DNA from: Callorhinchus milii
Taxonomy: Eukaryota
Assembly (NCBI RefSeq): GCF_018977255.1
Contig: NW_024704742.1
Coordinates: 24,306,001 to 24,370,000 of the forward strand
DNA length: 64,000 nt
Direction of reading: 5' to 3'
Part shown: in pieces, positions 11,685 through 25,060 of the stretch
Position numbering within the stretch: position 1 is the first letter of the stretch
Layout of the letters: each line of letters opens with the position of its first letter
Notes under the pieces: generated by a model
Told to the model about the DNA's origin: nothing
The model's database searches: none
What the model saw: the letters and a program-made list of their open reading frames with translations, nothing else
Made by a program: the position numbers and the translations under genes

Positions 11685-12182
11685 GTAAATCAATTTAACT
11701 TTTTTTTATTGTCACAGAACAGTGTAGATTCTTCTGCCGTTGCCCCCTCCCCAACAGAAGTAAAGCATGGAGTTTTGCTGAGGTACAGCTCTATCAGAAG
11801 CTGGACATTATCTGGTACCTTGCCAAAGTGGGTGTTCATGTGTATGTATGTACAACAAGCATCAGCATGATAAAAAGAATGTGGGTATCTTGTGTGTAAA
11901 GACGATAATTGCTGATAGAAACTTACTATAGATGTGACGATTTGCTTGTGTTAAAATAAAGCCTGTAGAGATCCAGAATCTGCTTGAATCTGTTGTTGGC
12001 ACTGGTGTTTTAGGTTCAAAACTTCAAAGAGCTGTGTTTATTCAAATGTAAGATCTTCCCACAACACAGATGGCAAGCAGCAAGCCCCTGTACAGAGGTT
12101 TTATCACAGTGAAGCCACAACTAGAAAGATGAGTCACTCATCCTCCTGGTTCTGTTTGGATAGTAGGGATGAAACAACTGGC

Positions 12183-12879
12183 ACCGCCTTCCATCACCTC
12201 CGAAACATCGCCAGACTACGGCACTACCTCACCCCTCACGCTGCTGAAACTCTGGTCCACGCCTTTATCACCTCAAGACTGGACTATGGGAACTCTCTCC
12301 TCGCCGGCCTTCCCGGCACCTCCCTCCACAAGCTGCAGGTCATTCAGAACTCTGCAGCTCGTGTACTGTCCCGCACCAGGCTTCGGGACCACATCACTCC
12401 CACCCTCGCTCGCCTCCACTGGCTCCCCATCCCCCAGAGGATCAAATTCAAGATCCTCATCCTCACCTACAAGGCCATTCACGGCCTCGCTCCCTCCTAC
12501 CTCTCCGACCTACTATCCCCCTACCTACCTGCCCGTACCCTCCGTTCCTCTGGCTCCGGTCTGCTCCACATCCCCCGCCCCAACCTCCCTACCATCGGAG
12601 GCCGGGCCTTCAGCCCCTAGGCTCTGGAACTCCATCCCCCAGTGCCTTCGCCTTGCTTCCTCCCTTTCCTCCTTCAAGGCCGGACTCAAGACCTTTCTCT
12701 TTGACCGTGCCTTCAGCTCCCCTCTCGACCCTCTACCCCCTCCTCGCTCCCTCCCTTCCCTCCCCTCACCCTGACCATTTCCCCCCTGCTCAGGTCCTGA
12801 CCCAACTATCCAGCGCCTTGGGACGTCCTCCCGACGTGAAAGGTGCTCTATAAATGCAATCTTGTTGTTGTTGTTGTTG
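12183..12879 (+). mobile_element. 5'-truncated young L2 LINE (ORF2 C-terminus, 3' UTR, (TTG)n tail)
   Basis: Translation [44 protein letters not shown]...[42 protein letters not shown] is typical of L2; ends GCGCCTTGGGACGTCCTCCCGACGTGAAAGGTGCTCTATAAATGCAATC(TTG)n. Confidence 0.92.
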
Positions 12880-14880
12880 AAAGTGGAGGTGTTCCAGTCT
12901 TTGCTGCTTGCTCAGTGGTCTGTGGCCTGAAAGTGGAGAAAAATGGACCATCCTGTCAAAAGAAATGTGTGGAGAATACAGACTCAAGTAGGCAGGCAAA
13001 CATTCAGCCTTTAATAGTCTATGCATATAATTGAGCGTGGGTGTATCAACGGTGGCATGCAGTGGTAAGATGTAACTGTGAGCTCCACTTCCCACATGCA
13101 AATAAAGTTTATTTTAGCTGAGATGTAGGAAGGTGGACCAGAGCAGATGGAAATAGGAATGCTTGCCAGTGTTGACAAGTCTCATGCATTCCAAGTGCCC
13201 AGTTAGGAAGCAGGCTGAGACAAGATTGCCTGCTTAGGCCACAGTTAGAGACTGATGCAGCAAAATGTAAGCAGCAGTGATGAAGTGGAGGGAGGAGAAA
13301 GAATAAAATAGTCATATTTTCCAAGTTGAGTTTAGCTGATATAATACAACCTCGATTCTTCAATGCCCAGTGGATCAAATTCAAGATTCTTGTCCTCCCT
13401 TTCAAATGCCTCTATGGCTTTGCCCCATCCTGTGACTTTCTGCCCTGGTCGCTCCCTCTGATCAGCAAACGCTTGTCTGTTTCAAGTCTCACTCTGCTCC
13501 ACTATCGGTGAGTAAGTTTTAAATCATTCTGCCCCACTCTCTGGAACTCCAGCCTGGAATCCATCCACCTTGCTCCCTCATTTCAAAATCCGCCACTAGA
13601 CACATCTCTTTGTTTGGTCTGATTGTCCTCCCCCAACGATAACACTGCCTCCAGTCAGTCGTACGAAGCCCTTTGAGATGTCCTCCCGTGAGAATGGAGT
13701 TATACTAATGTAATTTGTTGTTGTAAACTGTAACCTGTTTGAAAGGATGCACAGCAAAGAAGTATTGTAAATATCACTATATGATGGGTTACTTGATGTG
13801 TTTTTATTTTTATACATGTTGTCTGACTCAGATAAAACACAGTGTTGTTCTAAAGTTTTGCATTCTCCTCCCTGGATATTTTTCCTTCAACCTGTGGCAA
13901 CAGAAAGGTTGGAGGAGGAAAAGATTTTGAGTGGAATTAAGTTGCGTTTCAGAGTTGGACAAAAGACAACAGGTCACAGGATATGGATGAGAGGGACAGA
14001 AAATACTAAGCTGAAGTTTGCTTAAGAGTCTCAGTGCCAGGAAAGGGGATTAATCAGCTAAATTAGAGCTGAATCCAAGTAGAATGTGGGAAGGAGAGAA
14101 ATCTGTTTGCAGTTACCATTTAACTGTTTGTTATCCAGTGTCACCGTGGAATCCTTGTGCTTCCTGTTGGCATTGTGTCCGTATGTTGTAATTTTGTTTT
14201 AATCGTTAGAATTTGTATCTAAATCCAACAGGCATCCGTGTCATATCAAGGGCAGATGTAGATGAAGTTTCTATTGGTGCTTGCGCTATAGGAGAATCTG
14301 TTTTGGAAAGTAGGTCAGATCAGGTAAGTGGGAACACAGAGCTGCAGTTCACTCGAACGAGGTTTGAGCTCTGTGGAAGGTAGTGGTGTTGTTGCTTTTG
14401 CTATCTCATAGATAATTGTCAGTTTAGTTTCCAAAAAAGTTTGTCCTGATTGACCCAGTTGGGTTGGGTTTAGGTCCCATTTAGAAAATAAAATTACAAC
14501 ATACACAAAACACCAACTTACATTTATATAGCACCGCTCGCACAGGATAGTGTTTTATTCTGGTTTTGATTACAAAATTAAATCTGTCTTTCAACTGCAT
14601 TGAACCCATGTGTTCAAAAAGTGGGCTACAGTGAATTCTAAACTCCCTTCTACAGACATCATATTTAGTTGCCAAAACTAATTGCGTCTCCTCAGTCTGT
14701 TGACTTGTTGACTTGCAACAGTAAATGTGACCAAACTCTCCTTGCTCTAGATAGATCTAGTTGCATCACAGGACCTCAGCTGGCACTTGAATGTCTCTCC
14801 ACAACTTTCTGAACAATTAATGCAGTTTTTGGCCACTTGTTCAGAATTGTTGCTGCATAATTTTTATTTTTATATTTTAG

Positions 14881-14942
14881 ATCAATATTTTGGATGCGAA
14901 AAGAAGCATGAATATTGGAATATTTCTCAAACAATTCAAAAG
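14881..14942 (+). CDS. FHDC1: FHDC1-family coding exon 2 (FH2)
   Basis: TTTTAG|ATC...; INILDAKRSMNIGIFLKQFK+AG|GTAAGA; 62 nt. Confidence 0.95.
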
Positions 14943-16099
14943 GTAAGATATTACGTTCAACAGGTCTGTTTTGTGCATTTGAATTGCTAAGACTCTATTG
15001 GCAGCCAACTGTTTAATGTACTTAAAGCTGGGGATGGAAATCCCATTTCTAGTGATTGTCAGAGCAGCCCAGGGTGCAAAACTTATATTGTGATATTTTA
15101 ATACTTATAACGCACCAGAAACCCCAATTCGAATGTTAGTGTTTCATGCTGCTTAGGTGAATTATTGGGGATGCTTTAAGAGTGATAGATAATGCCAAAG
15201 CATTATTATCCATATTTGCTATCTATACTTAAACTCCTCAGCATGTGGCCTCTTTAGTAACTGTTGAAGTATATTTAAATACCATTGCCAGACATTTTTG
15301 TTTTCCCACTCTTGAGTTCAGAAGTGTCAGTCTAAATCGAGTGTTCACCTTTAATAATTAAAGTGGTAAAATCGAGCGTGTACATAAGATCATCTTCCCA
15401 AAGAATTTTTTTTAACCCTATTATTCCTCTGCTAATTGAAGGGCTCCTGACTGTTGATGGAATACAAATCCACATGCCTTGGGTATTTTCTGGTCCCTTG
15501 CCGAGAGCCAATTTATGAGATGATAGATTTTGGAAGTCCCCACCATCATACAGTGATGTAGATATATTTATTGCAACTCTAAAATGGGAAATTCACCATC
15601 TTATAGACTACAGTGTGTTTTGGCAGGCTTTTGCATGACTTTGCCCAATGTCCAAGTGCACTTTCCAGTAGGGCATCAATGGATAGTAAAAGCAAGGAGG
15701 AAACCCAATTGTTTTCCTCCCTAAACCAGAGGGTACTAAGACCAGTTTTCACAATCTGGTGGTGAACCCAATACAGACTAGGCTTTGAATTTAAAATCTT
15801 TAGTATGACTTGCTGCTGCTGGAACACCAAGGTGGCTGGCGTGTCACACTTTGTCCTGTAAAGATCTTCCTGAAAGCAATGTTTATCATGGCAATATTTG
15901 TCTGAAGACAATAGTTGATGATCACTTGAGCAGGAAGACAACCAGGGTGAGTAAAACACATCCCCATCATGAGGAGCACAGGCAGGTGCCAATGGAGAGA
16001 ACATTAAAAAAAATACAAGGGTATTTATATTAGGTGTGTATATACATATTCTAACAAGTTGTTACAATTAAGCAAAGATTTAGACACTGATCAAAATAT

Positions 16100-16580
16100 G
16101 CGGTGGTTCCATCAACATGCCGAGAATGATTCTGAGGGTGAAGGGCTACAGTTGTATGTCGAATTTTGGAGAAACTGGATCTGTTTTTATTGGAGCAGAG
16201 AAGGTTGAGGACGGACCTAATAGAGGTGTACAAAATTAAGAAGAGTTTTGACAGAATAAATAGGGAGAATTGATAGGGGAGTCTGTGGCTATGGAACATT
16301 GTTATAATATAGCCACAAGAACAGGGAAGGAGAACTTGAGAGGATTTTGTTTCACCCAGAGTGTTGTTGGGGTGGTGAAGGCATTGTTGCTTTCAAGAGG
16401 GAAGTAGACAGAAATATGAAAGACAGGAGCTTGAAGGGGTATGGGATAAGGTGGGGCAGTGGGATTGAATTGATCTCTGTGCTCTACAATACAAAATTAC
16501 ATTTGTATAGCGCCTTTCATGTTGGGAGGTCGTCCCAAGTTGCTGACTGAATGGGCCAAATGGCTGCCTTTTGTGACGTG
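16100..16580 (+). mobile_element. Degenerate CR1 LINE 3' fragment, interrupted by a minus-strand L2 tail at about 16487-16545
   Basis: GAGAAGGTTGAGGACGGACCTAATAGAGGTGTACAAAATT (RRLRxDLIEVYKI-like) and terminal GAATGGGCCAAATGGC typical of CR1. Confidence 0.65.
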
Positions 16581-19500
16581 GATTTCTTAAGTTTTTAACA
16601 TTGGGGGCTCTTTTGCTGGGCTTCTCTGCCTCACTTTCTGGACAGGTATCATAAGGCGTGTCCCTCTGAGTACTGCAGGAGTCTGGTGAGCTCTTTGCTT
16701 GGATTTAGTTCACAATATTTGGAACTTTTCTCAGTTAGGTAATCTTCTTATAGGAAACGTTTCTCAATCAATTTAATAAGCTCTTTGGCGAGGTTTGATT
16801 TTTTTTTCTCTCTCTCTGCCAGAGTTTGGGTGGAATTTTATCTGTTTTCCACATATGGGAGGTTGGCCTTCAATGCCTCATCCAGTTAAATTTCCCTTCC
16901 TGTTACTTGAACCTAGGTTGGTGCTTTAGTAAAGATGCTGTTTTCTGGAAACATCAGGTTGAATTTGAATGAGCAAGAATTGAGGTGTTGTTCCCGTTTT
17001 CTCAAGTTGTTTTGATCTGTGGAACAAATACAGTAATACTGTAGTAAAGAGCTCCCAAGTATATGTAAATCTGTTCTTGTCAACACGAAATACAGAAAAA
17101 CCTTGGTTACCCAGGCGTGTGTGTGCATAAGGAGATCTGGTCCAATAAACTGGAATTTTTGGCTAGGTGTACTTGCAATGTTGCTAATGTAAAAAAATGT
17201 GTATGCAGTGCCAGACAATGCCTATGGTGTATTTACCAGCATTGAATCTGCATTTCCACCACTTTTTTTTAATAAAAAGTAATCCCTCACCTATGTGGAC
17301 AACCTTTAACATGACTCGGTGTTGGACAGACAAATGGCTGACATGTCACACACTGTCCTGAAGGCAGAGAAAGGACAGTAAGGCAGGAAGTTTTGGGATC
17401 ATATAGGCTGTTCAGCGTGATATTAGCGATTGCTAGGAGAGTTAGGCTGGTGGGGCGTGCGAACCCATGACTTTTTTTAAGTTTTGGTTTCAGGCCTGGT
17501 CTGGCTAGGGCTGAATTCCAGCTACCCGGAATCCAGTAAGCTGGGGTTTTACTGCACAGGTAAACTTGCATTAGTTGTCGTTATAAATTATGATAGCCTA
17601 AATCGGTCGCATTCATATTCCTACCAAAAAAAACTTATTACTTTGCACTAGTCATATTTTACAAGTCAGATAAAGGGCTAAATCATAAAGATTTCTTGGT
17701 TCCAAATAATTCTAAATCCTAATGCTAATTATCCCCTAATGCATATTGCTTCTATCCCATTTACTGGCTACATTGAAGTATCTCATGTGCACCTCCCAGC
17801 TGCATTAATGAAGTCCTGCATGTGCACTTAGTCCTGCATTTGAAACAAGTACAGAAACGAGGTCTTGACCCTCATCATCTCACGAAAGACAAACTTAACT
17901 TGCATAAATCATATTAAGTCGTCTAATTTAAAACTTGTGCGAGTTTGCCAGTGACTCCTATTTCACTTAAGTTGTATTAAATGTTATGGTCCAGACTGAT
18001 ACGACTTTCTGCTCTTTTACCTGTAATAGATTTGTGCATATTTGCTGCAGTGACAGTTCTTGTCCTCTTCCCTCCCACCACTCTTTGCTTCTGTTTCGTG
18101 CTTGTTTGTTAATTGTCTAAGCTATCTCCTGTCCACTGGCTCAATGTCAACCTAACTATTGTCAATGAATAGGTTGTTGGTCGAAACACAGTTTAGCTAA
18201 GTGCATTCTTGGTTTCAGTGTGCATTTGAATGAAGATATTTTTTCTTAAGCAAAATATATCCAGGTGCTGTGCAGTGTCTTGTGACAAAGGATCGAATTT
18301 CAATGACAGCTCACCAGAACTGCGACTAGGACCTCATGAGAAGAGAATGCTGCAGTGTGACCTAATTAAGACTGATAAACCTGGATCTCTTCCACATGTA
18401 AAATTAGCTTAATATAGTTTGTTATGCTTGATTCATCTTTGGCGCATTCAATCATGCAAAAGCCCTCAATATTCTGCATCGTTTTGTTTGAGAAAATACT
18501 ATTTTAAATATCTCTTTGAACTCTCAGACAGTACTATGTGTGTATTACACACACTTTAAATTATTTAATTCTTTGCATTGTTGTTTAATAGGATCCAATG
18601 TGCTAATTAAAGGACTATTTTACCTCTTTCCTTGCACACTCCAATGACTTGGTGCTCTATGATACTGAGCTACATAAAACTATGTTCCATACATCGACTG
18701 TTAACTGAAGTTGTAATTGGGTTGCCTGATGGCCTCAGTGTTCTCAGACTTTTTTTTACACATAGGGATTGGTTGTGGGATCAATTATTCAGAGATCCTG
18801 TTGGACATTAACTGATTATAAATGGCTTTATAGTTCCTCCATGTTTATTTTTTCTCTTTCCTGTAGGAGTACCAGCAGTAACTATTGTTGCATTGAACCT
18901 GATTTGAGTATCTGCACCACTGTATAAAAGGAGAAGAGAATGTCCATTGTTTAAATGCAAATTATAGCCCGCAGTAGAAATGTTTCTCTGGTTGCATAAA
19001 ATACAAAAAACATGTTTGATCTCTCTATAGTAGAATTGAGGAACTAATAATTCCTGGTCTCTCTCTCTCAAAATATGCAGACGCCCGGCCAAAGATTATG
19101 AAATGTAAATGGCTCACACTTCTCCCACACCAGGTTCCTGGTTTTTTTAATCGGGCAGTTAAGGGAAGAGGTGAAAGATGCCATTGGCTTCTCTGTATGG
19201 ACTACTCATGAGAATCTCTTTGGAAATTAATGTCTTCCTGTCTTTTTTCACAGTTGTTACATTTGATATAGTAACAGCATCAAGCACTTCAAGGAAATTG
19301 CTGTCAAGTGTGGTGATACTGGCAGCCACATTATTAATAATAATAATAATACTTGCATTTGAAATAGCGCCTGATCATGCTGTTGAGACATCTCAAAGTG
19401 CTTCACAAGATATATTGTAAAGTGATTTGACTGTATTTTGTGGGTTGAACACAGCAACCAATTTATTGGCACCAAGATCCTTCAAATAGCAATTCGTGGG

Positions 19501-22500
19501 GAAAAAAGACCCTCAAATATTGTAATGGGAACATTAATGTCCACCTGAACAGGCAGGGGAACCTCGGTTTATCACCTCATGTGAAGGATGGAACTTCAGG
19601 CAATGCAGTGCTTTCCTAGCACTGTATGGTAATATCAGCCTGTGCTCATCAAGGCTTCTCATAGGGCTTTAACCCTACATTGAGATGTGACCAGCTGGCA
19701 GTGCCTGTCTGTTCACACAGACATGAAAGACCCAGGACAGCATGACGTTGACTTGCATCCAAGAGTTTCACATGAACAGTCTGTACCCTTTCTAAGAGAA
19801 TCAATGGCTACTTGGACTCCCTCCTTCCATCAACAGCCGGAACACCAGAAATGGTGGGGGGGGGGAACAACGGTGAGCGTTCACCATTTCACATCATGGT
19901 ACACCACCACACGCAAGTGTCCAGCACAAATAATTGACTCCGAGATGAGAGTGCTATCGACTGAGCCAAGTTGATGCTGAACAAGTGTGTACATATATGA
20001 ACTTGTGATGATTATGTGGTTGTCCTAATTGCAATGAAATACATTTTGTGCTGAAGTGCAAGTGCCCAAAATTCACTGCAAGTTCTTAATTAGAGGCCAT
20101 AAGGGTAACTAGCGTAGGAAATAGAAAAGTTCTATGACAGATGGCACTGCTTGATATTGACTTGCCTAATCCTACCTGATCTCATGATTATAATTGGTTT
20201 TTTAGTCATTCATTCCTTACTTTTGAAGAGCCCACACTCTCCCTCCGGAAATGTTTGCGACTGCTCTCCCGTGAAGAGGGAGGCAATGCAGAACCCAATC
20301 TCACTGGAATGATTGTGTGAAGTCACGGGCCTGTTTAAAGTCAATACAACTGAAGTGGAAGCTGCACTGTTGAGGTTAGATGAGCTGTTTATTTACATGG
20401 TTGAAATATGTTATCAAATATATAAGAGTAACCAGAAATTCCCTTGGAACATTTTTGTTGCTAATTTTATTACCATTACGAACTTTCCAACGTCTCTTGC
20501 ATTTTGTTTACCCAAATATTAAATAGCCAATGAAGTATTGAAGTTGCCCCCTTGCCTGTGGGTGATGTTACCAAAGGGAGCATGTAAATGAGCAGCAGGA
20601 GAGGACCACAGATGAAGTACTGAGAAACACCTTGTGTGAAGGGTAGGAGGAGAGACCCATCTATATCCACTTCATGTGGATTGGTAAATAATATTACATC
20701 AGACCTGGATGTATCCAAATTCACCATCTCCCAGGTTAGGATTTCTTGGTTTCTGTCCTTGGTTTCTATCCTTGCTCTCCATGTTAGATTGGTGTTGGAT
20801 TGCCTATTATCCCATTACTCAGTTGTTCAGGAGCATAGTTAACAACACTAGAGCTGGAGGGAAGCAAACCATGAACGTGTCAAAACATCTTCTGGTGAAT
20901 AGAACTGGTGGGTTTGTTTTTAATTTGCAGTGTGAATATCGCCTTTGAGGGAGATGAAACCTGAAATGATTGCACTAAACCCTGAAAGGTCCAGAAAATA
21001 ACTGATCAGCATTGACACTAGAGTTCTTTATACCTGTTTACATTGGAGAGCATCTTCCATTTCTGCTCAGTTTTCATTCATACGAGCCCATCGAGTACTC
21101 ATGATTTGAGAGAGCCTCAGCTATGTTTAATAGATAATCTATTACAGAGACGCAATGGAAAAATACGTCTTGCTGCTCATTCAGGATTCAGGTGGAGGTT
21201 GGGGCAGTTTAAAAAAAAAAATTCTCCACTGTTCATTCAGTATCATAGTTCACTATGACTGACCTGTTGGAATCCCAGCAGCTGATGTATGTTGGAAAGC
21301 TTATGGGGAAGCTGGCAACCGCTACACATACTCTGTATTTGGACAGATCCAGGTCATACTTGGAGAAACCAGTTAAATTGTCCCAAACTGTGATACTGAA
21401 TGAGGTCAAGTCTGCAGGTTGTTTATGTTCCCTAATCTTCAACTTCACTGTCTGTTGAAACTTCCTTGTGAGATCTCAGACATTGCCATAGGCCAATTTG
21501 TTGACTATTAACATGCAGATGGATTTCAGTCTTGGCAATGTTACTAATCCAGTCTATCTGGTTTGTGCTAGAGAATCTGTGGCAGAGAGAATAATGTATA
21601 TTGTGTTTGCATTTTCCATATGGGGCTCTTTCCTGAGGCTCACGGTCTTAAGATGACATTCCGATGCAGTGTTGTGGGATTGCTGCATTAATGGAGATGC
21701 CAACCATCAGATGAGGTGTCTGTTTGGTCAGGTGAATATTAAAAATCCCATGATGATATTCTCGTGTCGTGACCAGCAATCCTTTAGGTAAATTGGTTAG
21801 CCCGGCTGTATACAAATTGGCTTCTGCATTTGTCTACGTATGTAATCATTACACTTGGCAGTAATTCCCTCTGAAATTCTTTGAGGTGTGTGAGGTTATA
21901 ACCCTATATCAAATACGAGGATTATTATTGCTGTGTAACTGCAGGGTGCTTATGGATTCTACCCGAAAGTACATTGGATTCTGTTCTTGGTAATGCTGTG
22001 ATCCTCTTTCACAAGTACAATAGTTATTTCATTATTCTCGTGTTACATTTAGCATTGTTCTATGTTCTTGGTCTTGGTTTACTATACACTACTTCTGCCG
22101 ACATACATGGCAAACTCATTAGATTAGTTCTACTAGCAGTAAGATAGGTACAGTGGTCCACTGAACAGGACTTGTTAGTAGAGAAGCAAGGCATCCTGTG
22201 ATGAAGTAGAGATTACAGCTGTAAAGTAGCAAGTGTACAGTGTAAGAGTCGTGTCCCAGAAGTCACCCATGATGGAAGGAAAGGCAATTTGTTAAGAGAT
22301 CAAATGCAAAACATCAGCTGGATAGTCGATGCTTTTAAATTGATGTAGAAATTGCACTGAGTATCAAGGATGAAGAAGCTGGCTTTACTTTGATCATACA
22401 AGTAATTAACTAAGCTATTTGATGAAGATTGCAATAACCTTATAATGGGCAGGCTGAAAGTGAGAATGAGTATCCTATTAAGGAATTGATTAAACTTGAG

Positions 22501-22794
22501 GCTTACAAGTTGCAGGGTGGCCCTAGTTTGAATGTGGCCTGGTTGAGGGCTGCTTTGCTTAGAGCACAGGTCTCCCATGGAGGAGCACAACATACTTTGT
22601 GTGCTGTGCTTCTCGGGATGAATAGTCCATTTGCCATGCTACAAAATGGCCAGCCTCTGGGTTGTCAGGTCATCAGTGACATAATTTCCTGTATGTTGGA
22701 TATTAACGAGTGTAGTAACTATTGCAGGCAGCATCACTAATGACAAAGGAAATGATGTACACATTCTTGTGCACATGCAACATACGGAAAGTGA

Positions 22795-22897
22795 TATAAA
22801 AACAGAAGTTGCTGGGAGCACTCAGCAGGTCAGGCAGCATCTATGGAGAGAGGAAAGTGAGTTAAAGTTTCAGGTCAATGACCTTTCGTCAGAACAG
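22795..22897 (-). mobile_element. Penelope-like element terminal-repeat remnant with minimal hammerhead-like motif
   Basis: Minus strand reads CTGTT-CTGACGA-A-AGGTCA-T-TGACCT-GAAA-CTTTAAC...CATAGATGCTGCCTGACCTGCTGAGTGCTCCCAGCAACTTCTGTTTTTAT; family assignment recalled from shark Penelope-like repeats, not searched. Confidence 0.6.
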
Positions 22898-24799
22898 TAG
22901 ATGATGTGATCAGATGGTGATGTTGGTGCTTCATGTTCATCGTGCCCAACCTGTAGGAAATGTCAGCAGTAACCTGGAAGTTGGCCATTTTATGTGCTTT
23001 ATCATAACACTGGATTTGAGAGTCTTGCATAATTACGGCCAGGATCTTTTTTAGGGGAGCTATTTGAAAAGTATCCTTTCCATGTATATGATTCCACAAA
23101 TATGATTTGTGTAGAAATTAATAGATTGTACTAAAACAATTTTTTTGTGGGAGGTGCTCAAAAATTCTCCATTGTTGCTTTCTGTGAGAATAAGCATAAA
23201 TGTCAGTCACTAGAGGGTTTACATTCCATTGAAGGGAGTGATTTTGCTCAGCCAAAAGGACCACGCAGGACTTTGTGACCTGCTGTGAGCCAAAGTTTGA
23301 GTAGATCTTAAACCTTGAGCAGAAACTCTTTGTCACTGCTCGTCTCGGGTCAGTAAATTTGGAGAATTTAAAAAATGTTGTGAAAGCATGAGTTGAAACT
23401 GTTGGATGAAAAGTATTGCTGAACAATCTGTAGAGAACAATGAAATTCCAATTTTAGGTATCGATATTACAATGTTGACAAATGCCGTCAGAACAAACAG
23501 AAAACTTGGAAGGTGATTTTTTTTTATCCCTGCTGGCATGCCCAGCCACAATCCATCCGTTATTAAATAATGATTCCGAAAATAACTTTGGCCATCTGTA
23601 AGATGCAACCTTCAGCTCAGTGTGCTTGTACTGTATTGTGCATTAGAAGGCAACATGCTAATTTGCCAGGAAATCAGCAGAAGTCTTCTGATGTGGTGGT
23701 GGTGGTGGTAGTAGTAACCCTGAGCTTAAAACATAGCCTACTCTCTGCAGACTCCCTTGCTGTAAGGTTGATAAGGACTCCACTGATATCATTAGGTCAC
23801 ACATGCTCTTGAGTGTGTCAGTTCAGCAGTAGTTTGGCTATGCTGGGGGGCACTTAACTATAACCTATAATCTCACATGTCAAGGTGCTTCAGAGGGAAT
23901 TGCTGTCAAGTTTACATTATTAACATTGTAATGTCAACAAATTATGCTATGAGGTTCATGCAGGAGTCTTGTGTGTTGCTCTAAGGCAAGCAGGGAAAAT
24001 ACATTTTGCAACACTTTTCTATGCCATTTTTGCACTGCTCAAGCTAAAAACTTTTGCTTTCAGCATGATCAAATGAGTTTAAAATGGACAGACGCCAAAT
24101 TTAGCTGTATTTTATCTTGTGGATATGTCCAACCATTTAGTAGAACTGATGATGCCCTTGTTCTCCTGTCGTGCAGCTTCTTTGTAAGGCATTTTGTATG
24201 GAGATTAATTTTTCTATATATAATTATATTTATGTATATATAATATATACTCCAGCCTGAGTTGCTGCCTTCAGGGTATGGGGAGGAGGAGTTTCATAAT
24301 TGAAAAAAGTGAAACGGTTTATGTCTGGGACCTATGATAAGAAGCTTCACTCAGACGGTTTTCTGTATTGAAATGTTTTGTGATATGACACACGTGTTCA
24401 GAGCTTTTGTTAATCAAGCACCATTTATACTGTATCAAGAAAGTGATGGTAAAACTGAGGATCAAACTGAAGATTGAATTTAGATGGCCTATAATCTTCT
24501 ATTTAGTGTTGTGCTGTGTTATAGTTCAATCTCACCCCTTTAGATGAGAAACCTCTGGTAAAACTTGTTGTGTTCTGTGATCATTCAGGAGTCGGCAATT
24601 CAGCCTGAGATTTCCATTTCCATTAAATCTATAGCCTTCCATTAAATTTTAAGTATCCAATTTACCCTCTTTTTTTCTCCAAATTTCTAAATAGCCTTAT
24701 CAAACACCTGTGTCTATTTTGAGCACCTTAAATATTTATCCTTTTCTGAGGCATGTCTGATATTGGTGGTTTCTTAATTCTATATTCTCACAAAGCATG

Positions 24800-25060
24800 A
24801 TGTGCAATGCTCCAAATGGGACCATACACAACAACATGTGCACGCCTGTTTCTCTTTTGTGGCATGTCAGGAATACATCGCCCACATCCCAGTCATGATT
24901 TTTTTAAAAAAACAAATGCTTCCTGGTGTTCATCCTAAATTTGCCTTTCACCACTTTAAACTTGTGACCTTTTTTCCTGCTGCCTTGAGCTGTCCAATAG
25001 AATTCCAGGTTTACTTTTTCTATCCCATTGAATATCTTGTGTACAATATCTTGTGAGTTT
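24800..25060 (-). mobile_element. Degenerate CR1 fragment
   Basis: Minus translation QDIVHKIFNGIEKVN...KGHKFKVVKGKFRMNTRKHLFF resembles the CR1 ORF2 C-terminus. Confidence 0.65.

Noticed and set aside
11229..11870. 213-aa single-exon ORF as given in the track
   Set aside because: Homology starts at ATG 11271 and ends at the donor at 11684; the rest is UTR or intron read-through. The same applies to 26495-26836, 32673-32897, 40415-40774 and the first 11 residues of 41189-43663.
12129..12774. Protein-coding gene nested in an intron
   Set aside because: 5'-truncated L2 ORF2 fragment with a frameshifting deletion; lacks the endonuclease and RT core.
18150..18205. Second hammerhead-like motif (CAATGAA...TCGAAACAC)
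   Set aside because: Core box lacks CUGA and stem II pairing is weak; at best a very decayed remnant.
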